Source of the DNA: Octopus sinensis | Lineage: Eukaryota | Reading direction: 5' to 3' | Length of the DNA stretch: 64,000 nt | Assembly (NCBI RefSeq): GCF_006345805.1 | Contig: NC_043014.1 | Coordinates: forward strand, 54,064,001-54,128,000 | Part shown: positions 52,355-64,000 of the stretch, piece after piece | Layout: each line of letters starts with the position of its first letter | How positions within the stretch are numbered: position 1 is the first letter of the stretch | Notes under the pieces: model-generated | Told to the model about the DNA's origin: nothing | What the model saw: only the letters and a program-made list of their open reading frames with translations | Databases searched by the model: none | Program-made: the position numbers and the translations under genes

Positions 52355-52783
52355 ATAAGGGACCTTATAGCCCATGTTTTCCTCTCAGACTTTCTTGCAC
52401 TTTATTCCAGTGTTTTCTTATTCTTGGCTCCCATCATATTCACAGCTAAGCTAAGATATTCTCTCATTTTTTCAATCGCTTCATTCATTCATTCATCTCA
52501 CTCGCATTATTGTCAATATGTACTTTCGTAAACTAATTATTTTAATTGACCCTTCATAGAACTTCCAAATCGTAATCTCTCACAGCCTTATTTTTACTCC
52601 TTAATTCTTCATTTAACTTCCAAATTGAAGTCCCTCTAAACCCTTTTTTTTTTTTTCTCCCTGTGTTTCATGGCTAAATATTTTTGTACTGTAAGCCTTA
52701 ATTTTTTTCTCACCATCTTTTCACTTTGGCTAAATATTTTTATATTACAGTTCTATATTTAAGAGAGGAAGAATTATTTACAT

Positions 52784-53013
52784 TATTTACATTTGACAGA
52801 TATTTGTCCTCATCTTGTTTGTTGTTAACACAATGTTTCGGCTGATATACCCTCCAGCCTTCATCAGGTGTCTTGGGGGAAAATACCTTAGGAATGAGAA
52901 CCCAGGTTTGAAATTTCCCCCAAGACACCTGATGAAGCCTGGAGGGAATATCAGCCAAAATATTGTGTTATCAACAAACAAGATGAGGACAAATAATCCA
53001 TCAAATGTAAATA
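52784..53013. repeat. ~100-bp inverted repeat, each arm carrying a minimal hammerhead-like motif (Penelope-type end)
   Basis: Arms 52784-52882 and 52914-53013; GACAC-CTGATGA-A-GGCTG..CAGCC-GAAAC-AT-T-GTGTT. Confidence 0.75.
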
Positions 53014-53499
53014 GTGTATTTTCATACTATCTCTAAAATAATCCTTCCTTGTTTGCAATGCAACCATCCATTCCTGCCCCAACCACTAATACCAGAAATC
53101 TTGCTTCTCTCACCGGAAATCCCCTCTCCCCCCCCCCGTACTGATGGTCTCCTCTATCATACCTACAATATTGTCCCCCCCTTCTCTGTCCGTCTGTCTC
53201 CCTCTCTCTCTCTCTCCCCCCTCCCAAGCAGATGACAGACCACTTACTTAACCTAACATTGACATTTTGATATTCATATTCACTTTATTTATTTCTATTT
53301 ACATCTGCAGCACCAGAAATGCTTATATTTACAACACTCATAACGCTTAAACTTACAATGTTGCTAACACTTACTCTTACAACAATTTTAACATGCTTGA
53401 AGGTTTGAATGATGATAGGTTGAAGGCGAGAACAACTGGTGTAACATGTCTCTATCAGACAAACACAGAAACCTTCTTTTCGGGTGCTGAATAACATCT

Positions 53500-56105
53500 C
53501 TCCTTCCCATGTTTCCTCTCGCATCCCTTTTCCAGTTTTTAGAGTTGGCACTATCAATGTAGGCACATTGAAAGTTAGGTCTACTGAGATTGTAGAGATG
53601 CTTGACTGGAGACATGTTGATGTATGCTGCATACAAGAGGTAAGGTGGAGAGGAGCTTCAGCCAGGGTCCTCACAGGCAAGGCACATAGGTATAAAATCT
53701 TCTGAGAAGGTAATAGTGACAGAGTAGTTGGTGTAGGCACACTCCTTGCAGAGAAATGGGTAGATAAAGTCATAGAGGTAATCAGGGTGTGCGATAGAGT
53801 GCTTAAGCTCAGGGTAATCTTGCAGAATAGGATAGCTACAATTATCTCTGCCTGTGCCTCGCAAGTGGGTCTACCAAATGAAAAGAAGGACCACTTTTAT
53901 GACACCCTTCTACAGGCTACCTCAAAGATAAGTGACAATGACCTCATCTTTGTGGCTGGAGATTTTAATGGGCATGTTGAACGACAATCTGGTATCTTCC
54001 TTGGTGTTCATGGGGGTGGGCGTGGAATTGGTTCCCAAAACGAAAAGGGAACTAGGCTACTGGAGTTCTGTGATGCAAACAACCTATTAATCTGCAACAC
54101 CAACTTCAGGAAGCCAGACAGCCCCCTGATAACCGATCAATCAAGCGACTCTGCTAGCCAGATTGATTTAATCCTCACCAAACAGCGGGATGCAGGGTTG
54201 CTCGTAAATACAATGACCCTTCCTGGTGAAGAATGTACCCTCAAGCATAGACTAGTCATTAGTGACTTTAGACTTAAGGTCAGAAGACTGACAAGAAGCT
54301 GACCAATCCAGAAAAGAAGGATTTGGAAGCTTAAGAACTCTTCACATGGTCAGAGATTTAGGGACATCAGCATTAAGAAATTTGATGAGAGGGAGGAGGT
54401 GCTACAGACTTGTGACAAAGGGAAACTTCCTGCGTGACATCTTACTGAACACCACAGACCAAATCTGTGGCTGGTGCAAAGTCCCTTCTAGGGTAACATG
54501 GTGGTGGAATAATACTGTAGACAGGATCATTAGAGCAAAGAAACAGGCCAGGAAAACCTGGAAGAGTGGGGGAAGCAGGGAACTGTATCAGATAGCCAGG
54601 AGGGAGGCTAGGAAATAGGGGAGTGCAAGGGAGTGTGTGAGAGAGAATTGTGATGTCATAGAAGAGAAATGTGTCCGCATGGATTATGGTGCACTGGGAT
54701 ATAGGGATTCTGCAAAGAAAGAGGCTTGGAAATGCCATTATGAAAGGCTGCTAAATGTAGAGAATGAATGGGAGGAGGAAAGTCTGCCAAAGGTTGACCC
54801 AATAGAGGGGCCAGCTACCCAAATCGACAGTACCCTGGTAGATAAAGCAGTGACGGATATGAAGACAGGGAAAGCTCCTGGCCCTTCAGGAATGACCGCT
54901 GAGATGTTTAATATATCTGGCAGTTTGGGTTATGGTCTAGTCACCCGTATTGTAAACCAGGTAGTTCACGAAGGAGGCATACCCAATGACTGGTGTAGGT
55001 CAACTGCTACAAAGGTCAGGTGATGAAAGTCATGGAGAGGGTTATAGCCCAGCTAATTAGGGAGAGAGTCTGCTTAGATGAGATGCAGTTTGATTTCATG
55101 CCAGGTAGAAGCACCATTGTTGCTATATTTCTGGTAAGGCAACTGCAGGAAAAATAAACCCCTGTAATTGATTTTTGTTGACTTGGGGAAAGCCTTTGAC
55201 AGGGACCTCCATCCCTTACCTTGTGGCCAATACAAAAACTAGGGATAGATGAGTGGTTGGTAAGAGCAGTACAAGTCCTGTATAGTAATGCTGTCAGTAA
55301 GGTGAGGGTTGGCAATGAATATAGTGAAGAATTCCAGGTAGAAGTAGGGGTTCACCAAGTATCAGTCCTTAGCCCCCTCTTATTCATCATAGTCCTCCAG
55401 GCAATAACAGAGGAATTCAAGACAGGCTGCCCCTGTGAGCTCCTCTATGTTGATGACCTTGCTCTAGTAGTTGAGTCACTACCAGAACTAGAGATGAAGT
55501 TTCAAGTGTGGAGGAAAGGTCTAGAATCAAAGAGCCTTAGGAGTCAATCTAGCAAAAACTAAAAAGCAAAACTTGTAAATAGGAAGGCAGACAAATCACA
55601 AACCCCCTCAAGTAGATGGCCCTGCTCGATCTGTAGAAAAGGCAGGAGTAGAAACTCCATAAGATGTACCCAGTGTAAGCTTTGGACACATAAGAGGTGC
55701 AACAATATCAAAAGGAGGCTAACATGGGAAGATGCACAGGGGCAATAAACACAGAAGATATACAGAAAATAGATTCCATCACATGCCAGAGGAAGAATCT
55801 AGAAGTAGTTGATAGCTTCTGCTACCTTGGTGACTAAGTCTGTAGTGGGAGTGGAAGCTCTGAGCACTTAGCCACCAGAATAAGAATAGCCTGGGCAAAG
55901 TTCAGAAAGCTCCAATATCTGCTGGCAACAAAGAGCCTCTCACTCAGAGTGAAAGGTAGACTGTATGATACATGTGTGCAAACAGCTATGCTACATGGCT
56001 GTGGAATATGGGCCATGACTGCTGAGGACATGCGTAAGCTTGAAAGGAACAAAGCTAGTATGCTCTGCTGGATGTGTAATGTCAGTGAGCATACACAACA
56101 GTATA
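53500..56105 (+). mobile_element. Degenerate near-full-length RTE-clade LINE (APE endonuclease + RT + Cys/His finger)
   Basis: RVGTINVGTL, VCCIQEVRW, IFVAGDFNGHV, GKAPGPSG, VLSPLLFIIV, LLYVDDLAL, CSICRKG...CTQCKLWTHKRC; many stops and frameshifts. Confidence 0.92.
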
Positions 56106-56484
56106 AGGGCCCTGGGAGAAATGGTTGGATGGTTTGATGGGACCTGATGGATCAAAGAACTGGATCATGCTGCAGTGTCTCAGTTTTGGCTAGGTCCTTA
56201 CACAGGGATGCCCTTCTTTGGCATGGTCCCTACAGCTAGATGCCCTTATTAGCACCAACCACTTTACAAGGAGAACTGGGATTTTCCCCCTTTTTGTTTT
56301 GCAGTTGCCATGCAGCCCACAAGACTAAAATCCCCTTCAACTGAACAAAACGGGTTAGAATATAAAAAGGGTCCAGAATTAAACAGGTTCCTTTGCCGTA
56401 GAGTTTTGTGTCTGTTCACATTATAGAGGAACAGATGAGAATAACTGGTGGGTGGGTAGGTGGGTGTATGTAGGAGGAGATTGT

Positions 56485-56870
56485 GGAGGCGCAATGGCCC
56501 AGTGGTTAGGGCAGCGAACTCGCGGTCATAGGATCGCGATTTCGATTCCCAGACCGGGCGTTGTGAGTGTTTATTGAGCGAAAACACCTAAAAGCTCCAC
56601 GAGGCTCCGGCAGGGGAAGGTGGTGATCCCTGCTGTACTCTTTCACCACAACTTTCTCTCACTCTTACTTCCTGTTTCTGTTGTACCTGTATTTCAAAGG
56701 GCCGGCCTTGTCACTCTCTGTGTCACGCTGAATATCCCCAAGAACTACGTTAAGGGTACACGTGTCTGTGGAGTGCTCAGCCACTTACACGTTAATTTCA
56801 CGAGCAGGCTGTTCCGTTGATTCGGATCAACCGGAACCCTCGTCGTTGTAACCGACGGAGTGCTTCCACC
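56485..56870 (+). mobile_element. tRNA-derived SINE, young CpG-intact copy
   Basis: A box TGGCCCAGTGG and B box-like ATTTCGATTCC followed by a ~300 nt non-tRNA body; not a complete cloverleaf gene. Confidence 0.8.
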
Positions 56871-58147
56871 GTAGGAGATGGAAAAAGAAATAAAATTACT
56901 GTAAAATTCAAAGAAACCTGATTTAATTAATAAAACTAATTATGAAATAATGTTATCAGATGACTCTCCAAAATGAATAATGAGATTCGAGGAAGTGCTC
57001 TGATTTATTGAACAATAATCCAGTTGTCCTTTATCAGCCACAAAGATCATCCCAGCCGGAATCCACCTGTTTTGTCGAAGTTGTGTGACGACTTTTGGAA
57101 GGAGAAAAACTTGTTGGAAAATAATGTCACAATCAAAATTTCACACACAGACACACACACACACACACACACACATTCCAACTGGTACATTGTTGTTGTT
57201 CATATATTGAATGGAAGTGATTAAGAAGGGGTGGGGGTGGGGGGCACAGAAGGTGTGGATAAATAAAATGAACCCATCTGTAGGAAGTATATCCCTTTCG
57301 TTACCAACCTGGCTGAAACTGGCTCTGGCTCTGAGTACAAATGTCTTGTTTTCATAAGTTTTGAATTAAAATCTTCCACCAAACCCTAGTCACAATTTAT
57401 GTTCCTAACATTGGCTGAATGATAACTAAGTTGTTTTACCAAATTCTTTGTTATATTTAAAGTAATTGAAGGAAACAAAGAGCATCTCAACAGAAATACA
57501 GTAACGAAAGGGATATTCCTGTTCTTGTCTGACTCCAGCTTGGTCGTGTTCCAGCTGACGTCATTTTTAAAGTATGGATCAAGTAGGACTACATTATCCA
57601 ATGTGTCTTTCATATTTTAGAGATGAAAATATATGATTTGAATAAGATTTGGCTGTTATTTCTAGCATGTCAAGGCACCAATTGCTGGGGTTCTTTGACT
57701 GGCTTGGGTCAAAGTATTTAAATCTGAGAGGTCAAACCGTTTTGCTTTCATTGTTTGTAATCTTGATAAGAAACACAAACAAAGTTTCAATTAAACTGGG
57801 AAAATCTCATTAATTATCGCCCCCCCTCTCACCTCTCTCTCTCTCTCTTTCCTTTCTCACATCTCTCTCTCCCCTTTGCCCCTCTTTCTCTCTCTCTCCT
57901 CTGTACTGTCTTTCTTTTTACTCTCTTCTTTACTCTCTCTCTTTCTCTTCTTTACACTTCTCTCTCTCTCTCTCTTTTTCTCCACTTTACTCTCTCTGTC
58001 TCTCCCTCTTCTCTCTCTTTATCCTCTCTCTCTTTTTCTCCACTTTATTCTCTCTGTCTCTCCCCCTCTCTCTTTCTTTCTCTCTTTGTCTCTCCCTCTC
58101 TCTCTTTCTCCTCCCCTCCCCCTCCTATAGTAATGTTGTGAGGGCCA

Positions 58148-58192
<45 letters not shown>

Positions 58193-58402
58193 AGCTGTTT
58201 TAAACATCTGAACTCTGTTCCTCACTTCAAACCAACAATGGCAGCATCTACGTGCTCCCTCAACTTGCTAGAAATAGCAACTGAATTCGCTTTCAAACTG
58301 CATGACTTCCTTTTAAACCAATGTGAAGACACAATCCATTATTTCGTCCAAAAGATGCATCCGAGTAAAAGACAAGAGACTCAGGGCTACAGTGGCTTCA
58401 AC

Positions 58403-58880
58403 CATCATCATCATCAGCACTACCACCAACACCAACACCACAACCACCACCACCACAACCATCACAACCACCACCACCACCATCACAACCACCACCATCA
58501 CTAAAGCCTCCACCAACACCACCACCACCACAACCATCACCACAACCACCATCACAACCACCACCATCACCACCACCACCACCATCACTAAAGCCACCAC
58601 CAACACCACCACCACCACAACCACAACCATCACCACAACCACCATCACAACCACCACCATCACCACCCCACCACCATCACTAAAGCCACCACCAACACCA
58701 CCACCACCACCACCATCACTAAAGCCACCACCAACACCACCACCACCACCACAACCATCACCACAACCACCATCACCACCACCACAACCACCACCATCAC
58801 TAAAGCCACCACTACAACCACAACCACCACCACCACCACAACCACCGCCACTAAAAACCACCACCACCACCACAACCACC
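58403..58880. repeat. (CCA/ACA/TCA)n trinucleotide array with recurring CACTAAAGCC interruptions
   Basis: Directly visible; source of spurious Thr/Pro/His/Val-rich ORFs. Confidence 0.9.
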
Positions 58881-60339
58881 ATGTTGAGGCGGATTTTCTA
58901 CATCTGGATGCCTTTCCTGTTGCCAACCCTCTCTTCTTTCCAAATATGGTAATATTTCCCTGCAACCAGACATGTTTCAGAAGAAAGACACTGCTTGTAT
59001 AACAGTGACACTTGTTTACAGCTATCATGCAACAGCAAAGCAAAGAGATTATAACACACACACACACACAAATATACATAGGCATGGCTCAGGAGTAAGA
59101 CGCTTGTTTCCCAACTACCTGGTTCTGGGTTCAGTCCCACTGCACAACACCTTGGGCAAGTGTCTTCTACTATAGCCTCGGGTCGACCAAAGCCTTGTGA
59201 GAGGAGAAACTGAAAGAAGCCCCTCGTATATGTCTCGTTTCTCTGTTTGTTTTTTTCGTTGTTCGAAAAAAAGTTTGTTTTCTATGTTTTTGTTTTTTCT
59301 GTTTTCGTTTCTCATTGTGTTCAACATTCTTTTGATGACCTGTACCCATATATGCATGTATATATACATATATATGTAGGTATGTACTTATATATGTATG
59401 TGTATATGCATATATTTATATATTATTTATATTGTATGTGTGTGTGTGTGTGTGTGTATGTATATGTGTGTGTATATTTGTGTGTGTTTGTCCCCCCACC
59501 ATCGCTTGACAACCGATGTTGGTGTGTTTACGTCCCCGTAACTTAGCGGTTCTGCGAAGAGACCGATATAATAAGTCCCGGGTCGATTTGTTTGATTAAG
59601 GGCGGTGCTCCAGCATGGCTGCAGTCAAATGACTGAAGCAAGTAAAAGAATAAAAGAACAAAAGAATATGAAAGGCTTCTTTTTAGTTTCCATCAACCAA
59701 ATGCATTCAGAAGGTGTTGATCAACCCAAGGCTATGGGGGAAGACACTTGCCCAAGGTTTTCAGCAAGTTGGGAATTTTAGAAACACCAATTGTAATTAC
59801 TTATTCAAAGTATTTAAAAGTATCTTTAAAACAGAATTCAAGAGTAATTTTTATCATCATCATCATCATCATCATCATCATTAGCATCGTTGTCGTCGTC
59901 ATCATCATCATCATTAACATCGTTGTCGTTGTCATCATCATCATCATCATCATCCACTTTCCATGTCTTCATAGGTCAGAGGGAATTTCTTGAGGTGGAT
60001 TATAAGTGCGGAATAGACGCATACCGAATTAGTGCTCAGACTGGTGAGACTATTAGATTCCAACTTCTTCCGACTCAGAGTAAAATAGTCCGAAATAAAA
60101 GGAGCTGGCTTTAAGACAGGCAGAGCTCGTCTGAATAATAAATGGACAAAAGATGGACAAATAATTCTGAGTGGTAGCAATTCGTTTATATGAGATGTTA
60201 CATATACAGGTATTCAAGTTATAAGATGAAGATATATCTTTACTAGGAACATTGTGCGCTCTAGGACTAACTTATGTTTTGCATTTGCGGCTCCTTTGGT
60301 GGCTAATGAGCCCTGCTCTTGACAAGCACAGACGACGGC

Positions 60340-60709
60340 AAACATTGCAAAGTAAGCTTTCCCCATTCACTACACCAGCAGTGCGCTGTTGAGCAGCACC
60401 CTGAAATTCTTCATGCAGAATACGTGCTCCCTCAAAGGTGTTGACCCCTCCTTAACCTGCTTCCTCCATTTATGGCGATGACAGGCATTGCTCTCTCTGT
60501 CAGTCTCCTGCATATCACAGGTTTTTGATAGGGACTTGACGCACTCCTTAAATCGCAGCCTTGGTTTCTGCCGGGGTCTCTGCCAGGAGAGGGGGTGCAC
60601 AGGCACCGGTTACGTTAGACTGGACCCTTTATTAGAATGAAGGATAGCAGGATCCCTAAACAGATGCTATATGGGGAACATGTGAGTGGAAAGAGACCCC
60701 GGCAGAAAC
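60340..60709. mobile_element. Second RTE-type 3' remnant with internal inversion
   Basis: + strand RMKDSRIPKQMLYGE...GKRPRQK; - strand RPRQKPRLRFKECVK...KWRKQV. Confidence 0.8.
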
Positions 60710-61199
60710 ATACATACATACAATATTTAGGTAAATGCTGATGTAGTGTGTAGTATAAGTGACGTTGAATCATTATATTCTCCCTTACTCAGGGAAAAGC
60801 CAAATAAAATAATTTTACCTAAGAGAAAGCTGAAGGTTTAAAACAGAAACCGCCGTAGGAAAAGTGTAAAAAGTAAGTCTTAATTGCTGAAGCTTAAAGG
60901 AGAGGAAGGGTATTACAAGGAATTATGAACAAATTTCTCATAAAATTGAATAACGTTTGATGGGAAAATTTGATCTTTGAAGGCAATGTGACAGTTGTGA
61001 ACGTTTTCAGTTTCATTAGAGTACACATGAATATGTTCATACAAACAAATTTCCTGTTTGCATTGAAATACCTGTATATATATATATATATATATGTATG
61101 GGGGTGTTTCCGTTGGTCATGGCTGATCATGGATGATGTCATCCATCCGTTGAGTTGTCTTTTCAGTTTTTGTAACGCCTCCTGTGGCTGTAGAGATTG

Positions 61200-62276
61200 A
61201 TGCGTGAGTGGCAATCTCGTTTAAAGAGGTCGCACCTTTACGTTGAATCCGGTCTGTTGGCTGTCATTTCTTTTCTGCGGGCTCGGTCTTCAGCTGCTGC
61301 CACCCTCAAATTCTCTTCGCCCGTCTGCAGTTGTTTGTGAAGAGTTCCTCTCCAGCTGGTTCGGTCAGCCGCGAGATCCTCCCAGGAATTGGTGTTGATG
61401 CCAAATGCCTTCATATCCTTCCTGCACACATTCCTGTACCTCAGCTTCGGGCGGCCAATGTTTCCCCGCCCTGCGACAAGCTCTCCGAAGAGGACATCTT
61501 TTAGGATCCGACCATCCTCCATACGGCGAACGTGGCCAAGCCAGCGCAGCCGACACTGTCTTAGCAATGTGAGCAAGGTGGGGAGGCCAGCACGAGACAG
61601 AACGTCAGTATTGGTTACTTTGTCTTGCCAGGGGATGCCGAGTATGCCTCGGAGGCTTCTGAGGTGGAAGGTGTTAAGCCGTTTCTCCTGGCAGCCGTAT
61701 GCGGTCCATGTCTTGCTGCCGTATAGCAGGGTGCTGAGGACTTAAGTACTGTACACAGCCATTTTCGTTTTCAATGTTAGCTTGAATATACAAGCAGGAA
61801 TATACTTACTGACCTGATCGGATGGTAGGCTGTTCAATCTTGCTCGCCTAAAAGTGAGGACAAAGGTCTGTGAAGTCCTCGTTAGAGACATGCTGTTCGC
61901 TGATGCCGCTGCAGTTGCGACTCACACTCAGAGGGAACTGCAGCTGCTGGTGGATTGCTTGGCCCAGGCCTGCAAAGACTTCGGGATGACTATCAGTCTG
62001 AAGAAGACAAACGTTATGGGTCAAGACACACCGGCACCACCTGTCATCACCATCGACAACTATGAGCTTGAGGTTGTCCACCATTTTATGTACCTTGGTT
62101 CCACTATCACCGATAACCTCTCCCTTGATGCTGAGATAGACGAGAGGATCGGGAAGGCATCCACAACATTCGCTCGCCTCACGCCAAGAGTGTGGACAAA
62201 CTCCAAGCTAACGTATATATGTATATGTATATATATGTGTGTGTGTGTGTGTGTTAGCTTGGGATTTGTCCACACT

Positions 62277-62279
<3 letters not shown>
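61200..62279. mobile_element. RTE/BovB-like LINE remnant with internal inversion (3' part on - strand 61200-61784, RT part on + strand ~61800-62212)
   Basis: + strand DMLFADAAA...YLGSTI...RVWTNSKLT; - strand KLTLKTKMAVY...LLYGSKTW...RLRWLGHVRRM...GRPKLRY. Confidence 0.9.
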
Positions 62280-62329
<50 letters not shown>

Positions 62330-62499
62330 CAAATTGAGATAGGGGTTGTAAATGCAACCCTCCATGGGATAACATATATCCAATATACTGCTAGTGAAGT
62401 ACCCAACAAGGTTAATACATAAATGTTAAGGATTGCGATGCAATCAATTCATTTACTGTATTATATGGGCAAAGGTAAAATGTTTTACCACAAATTCAT

Positions 62500-62945
62500 A
62501 ATACATCGAAATCAAATATCAATTACCAGATAGTACTCAATCACATACTTTATTAAACCATTACATAAGAAACTATAGGGTTAAACATAAAAAAGCAGAG
62601 CAAAACAGTGTACCTAAAGGAGTGTACATAAAAAAGTGTACATAAAAGAGTAATGTTATACAATAAGTAGAATATATATAAAAGAGAATATAAATATAAA
62701 TAAATATAAATATTAATATATTTATATTTATATTTATTTATATTTATTTATATTCATATTCTCTTATACATATTCTACTTATTATACAACATCACTCTTT
62801 TATGTACACTTTTTTATGTACATTCCTTTATGTACACTGATTTGTTCTACTTTTTTATGTTTAACCCTACAGTCTCTTATGTGGTGGTTTAATAAAGTAT
62901 GTGATTGAGTACTATCTGGTAATTGATATTTAATTTAGATGTATT
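62500..62945. repeat. Long imperfect palindrome (~200-bp arms, AT-rich centre)
   Basis: AATATCAATTACCAGATAGTACTCAATCACATACTTTATTAAACC and its reverse complement lie symmetrically about ~62715. Confidence 0.9.
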
Positions 62946-62962
62946 TCTCCATTTTCTTATTT

Positions 62963-62995
<33 letters not shown>

Positions 62996-63081
62996 CAACA
63001 CAATTGCAGTGTGGAAGGTGTTTATAAGCCATTTAAGAAACACACAAAAGCCGTTCGATTCACTTCAACATTTAAGTTTAA

Positions 63082-63131
63082 TTTGTCAAAATATTTTCGT
63101 CGCTAAAATCCGCGACCTGTTCACTGACAAA
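63082..63131 (-). ncRNA. Minimal hammerhead-ribozyme-like fold, G3-C8 core variant
   Basis: TTTGTCA-GTGAACA-G-GTCGC..GCGAC-GAA-AATATT-T-TGACAAA. Confidence 0.5.
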
Positions 63132-64000
63132 AATCCGTGCTGCTATATATAAGCAACAAGGATATCCAGAGGTAATGCAGTACGATCGTTTCATGCAACT
63201 CCATTTAATTGAACAATGCAATCATTAAATCAATTTAAAATGCAGAGCAATCTTCAGCTGCACAAAGACATAGAACTTAATTAAATTAGAACAGATGGAC
63301 ACATTAGTATAATTATACCTAAAATCTCCAAGAAGTTTAGGAGATAGACAAAGAACATGCTGTCTCCACTCCAGCAGAGAAGTTACTAAGTTATCAAGAA
63401 GATATACATTGTTACAGACTCTGCCTGTCACTGATTTTTTTTGTTTTTATGGGTTCAGTTTTAATTCATAGACTAGTTTATCAAATCCTTGTATGTCTAA
63501 AGCTGAGAGAACAGAGTGCAGTTTCTGTTAGGGGTAGGGCTGAGAGAGCAGCCAGACATCATAGTTGGTATAGTCATAAAAATTAAGATTTATTAGAAGC
63601 AACATCATGAGGTTTGGTAAAGGAAAACTTAAAACACGGTGTTGGCTGACAATTAAGGGGCTCGCCCACTAGCAGACCATTGATAATGAAACAGGGGAAG
63701 TCATATCATGTGGTACTATAGTTAAATATTTTAAACAATGTTGCTATATTGTATACAGTTAAAATTTTGGGGTTATTCAAAGGATTATTAAGAAGAATAT
63801 TATAACAAAAGGATAGAAATTTATGAATACTTTTGAGTATATACCAAACTTTTATCACAATAAAGGGAGGAAAAGAAATTATCCAGAAATAGTTTAATAT
63901 TGCACACTTAAATACTAACTCATCAGATGGTATCTGAGAATATTGATTAATTGGTATATACTGGTATAGATAAATGAGTATTGAGAGTAAAGAACATGCT

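Noticed and set aside
56485-56560. tRNA gene
   Set aside because: A/B boxes are present but run into a SINE body with no proper acceptor stem or poly-T terminator; the same applies to 7858-7930.
58238-59085. Long Thr/Pro-, His- and Val/Gly-rich ORFs (mucin- or extensin-like)
   Set aside because: Open in most frames on both strands because they are a trinucleotide microsatellite; no supporting splice or domain evidence.

Overview
AT-rich, microsatellite- and SINE-dense animal genomic DNA. The SINE families look like those I recognise from Octopus (coleoid cephalopod); this is inference, not a database result. I assembled two tandem minus-strand multi-exon genes by hand from GT-AG boundaries and reading phase. 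(1) ANKS6 (ciliary ankyrin/SAM protein): ATG at 10065, 8 complete coding exons plus the start of a ninth running off the left edge. (2) UTP4/CIRH1A (WD40 SSU-processome protein): 18 coding exons, 38089..14836, 678 aa, with two candidate 5' exons. The right ~23 kb is intergenic and holds a decayed RTE LINE, two internally inverted RTE remnants, R4/Dong-like 3' ends in (TAA)n, a Helentron-type element, MITEs, SINEs and Penelope-type inverted repeats. Leads most worth testing: minimal hammerhead-ribozyme folds, one with a covarying G3-C8 core; a TCT/TOP-like ATG-only 5' exon of UTP4 centred between a 45-bp inverted repeat; a frameshifting decoy acceptor at UTP4 coding exon 13; four out-of-frame upstream ATGs over the ANKS6 start; and twin-priming-like LINE inversions. 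No novel protein-coding system is demonstrated.
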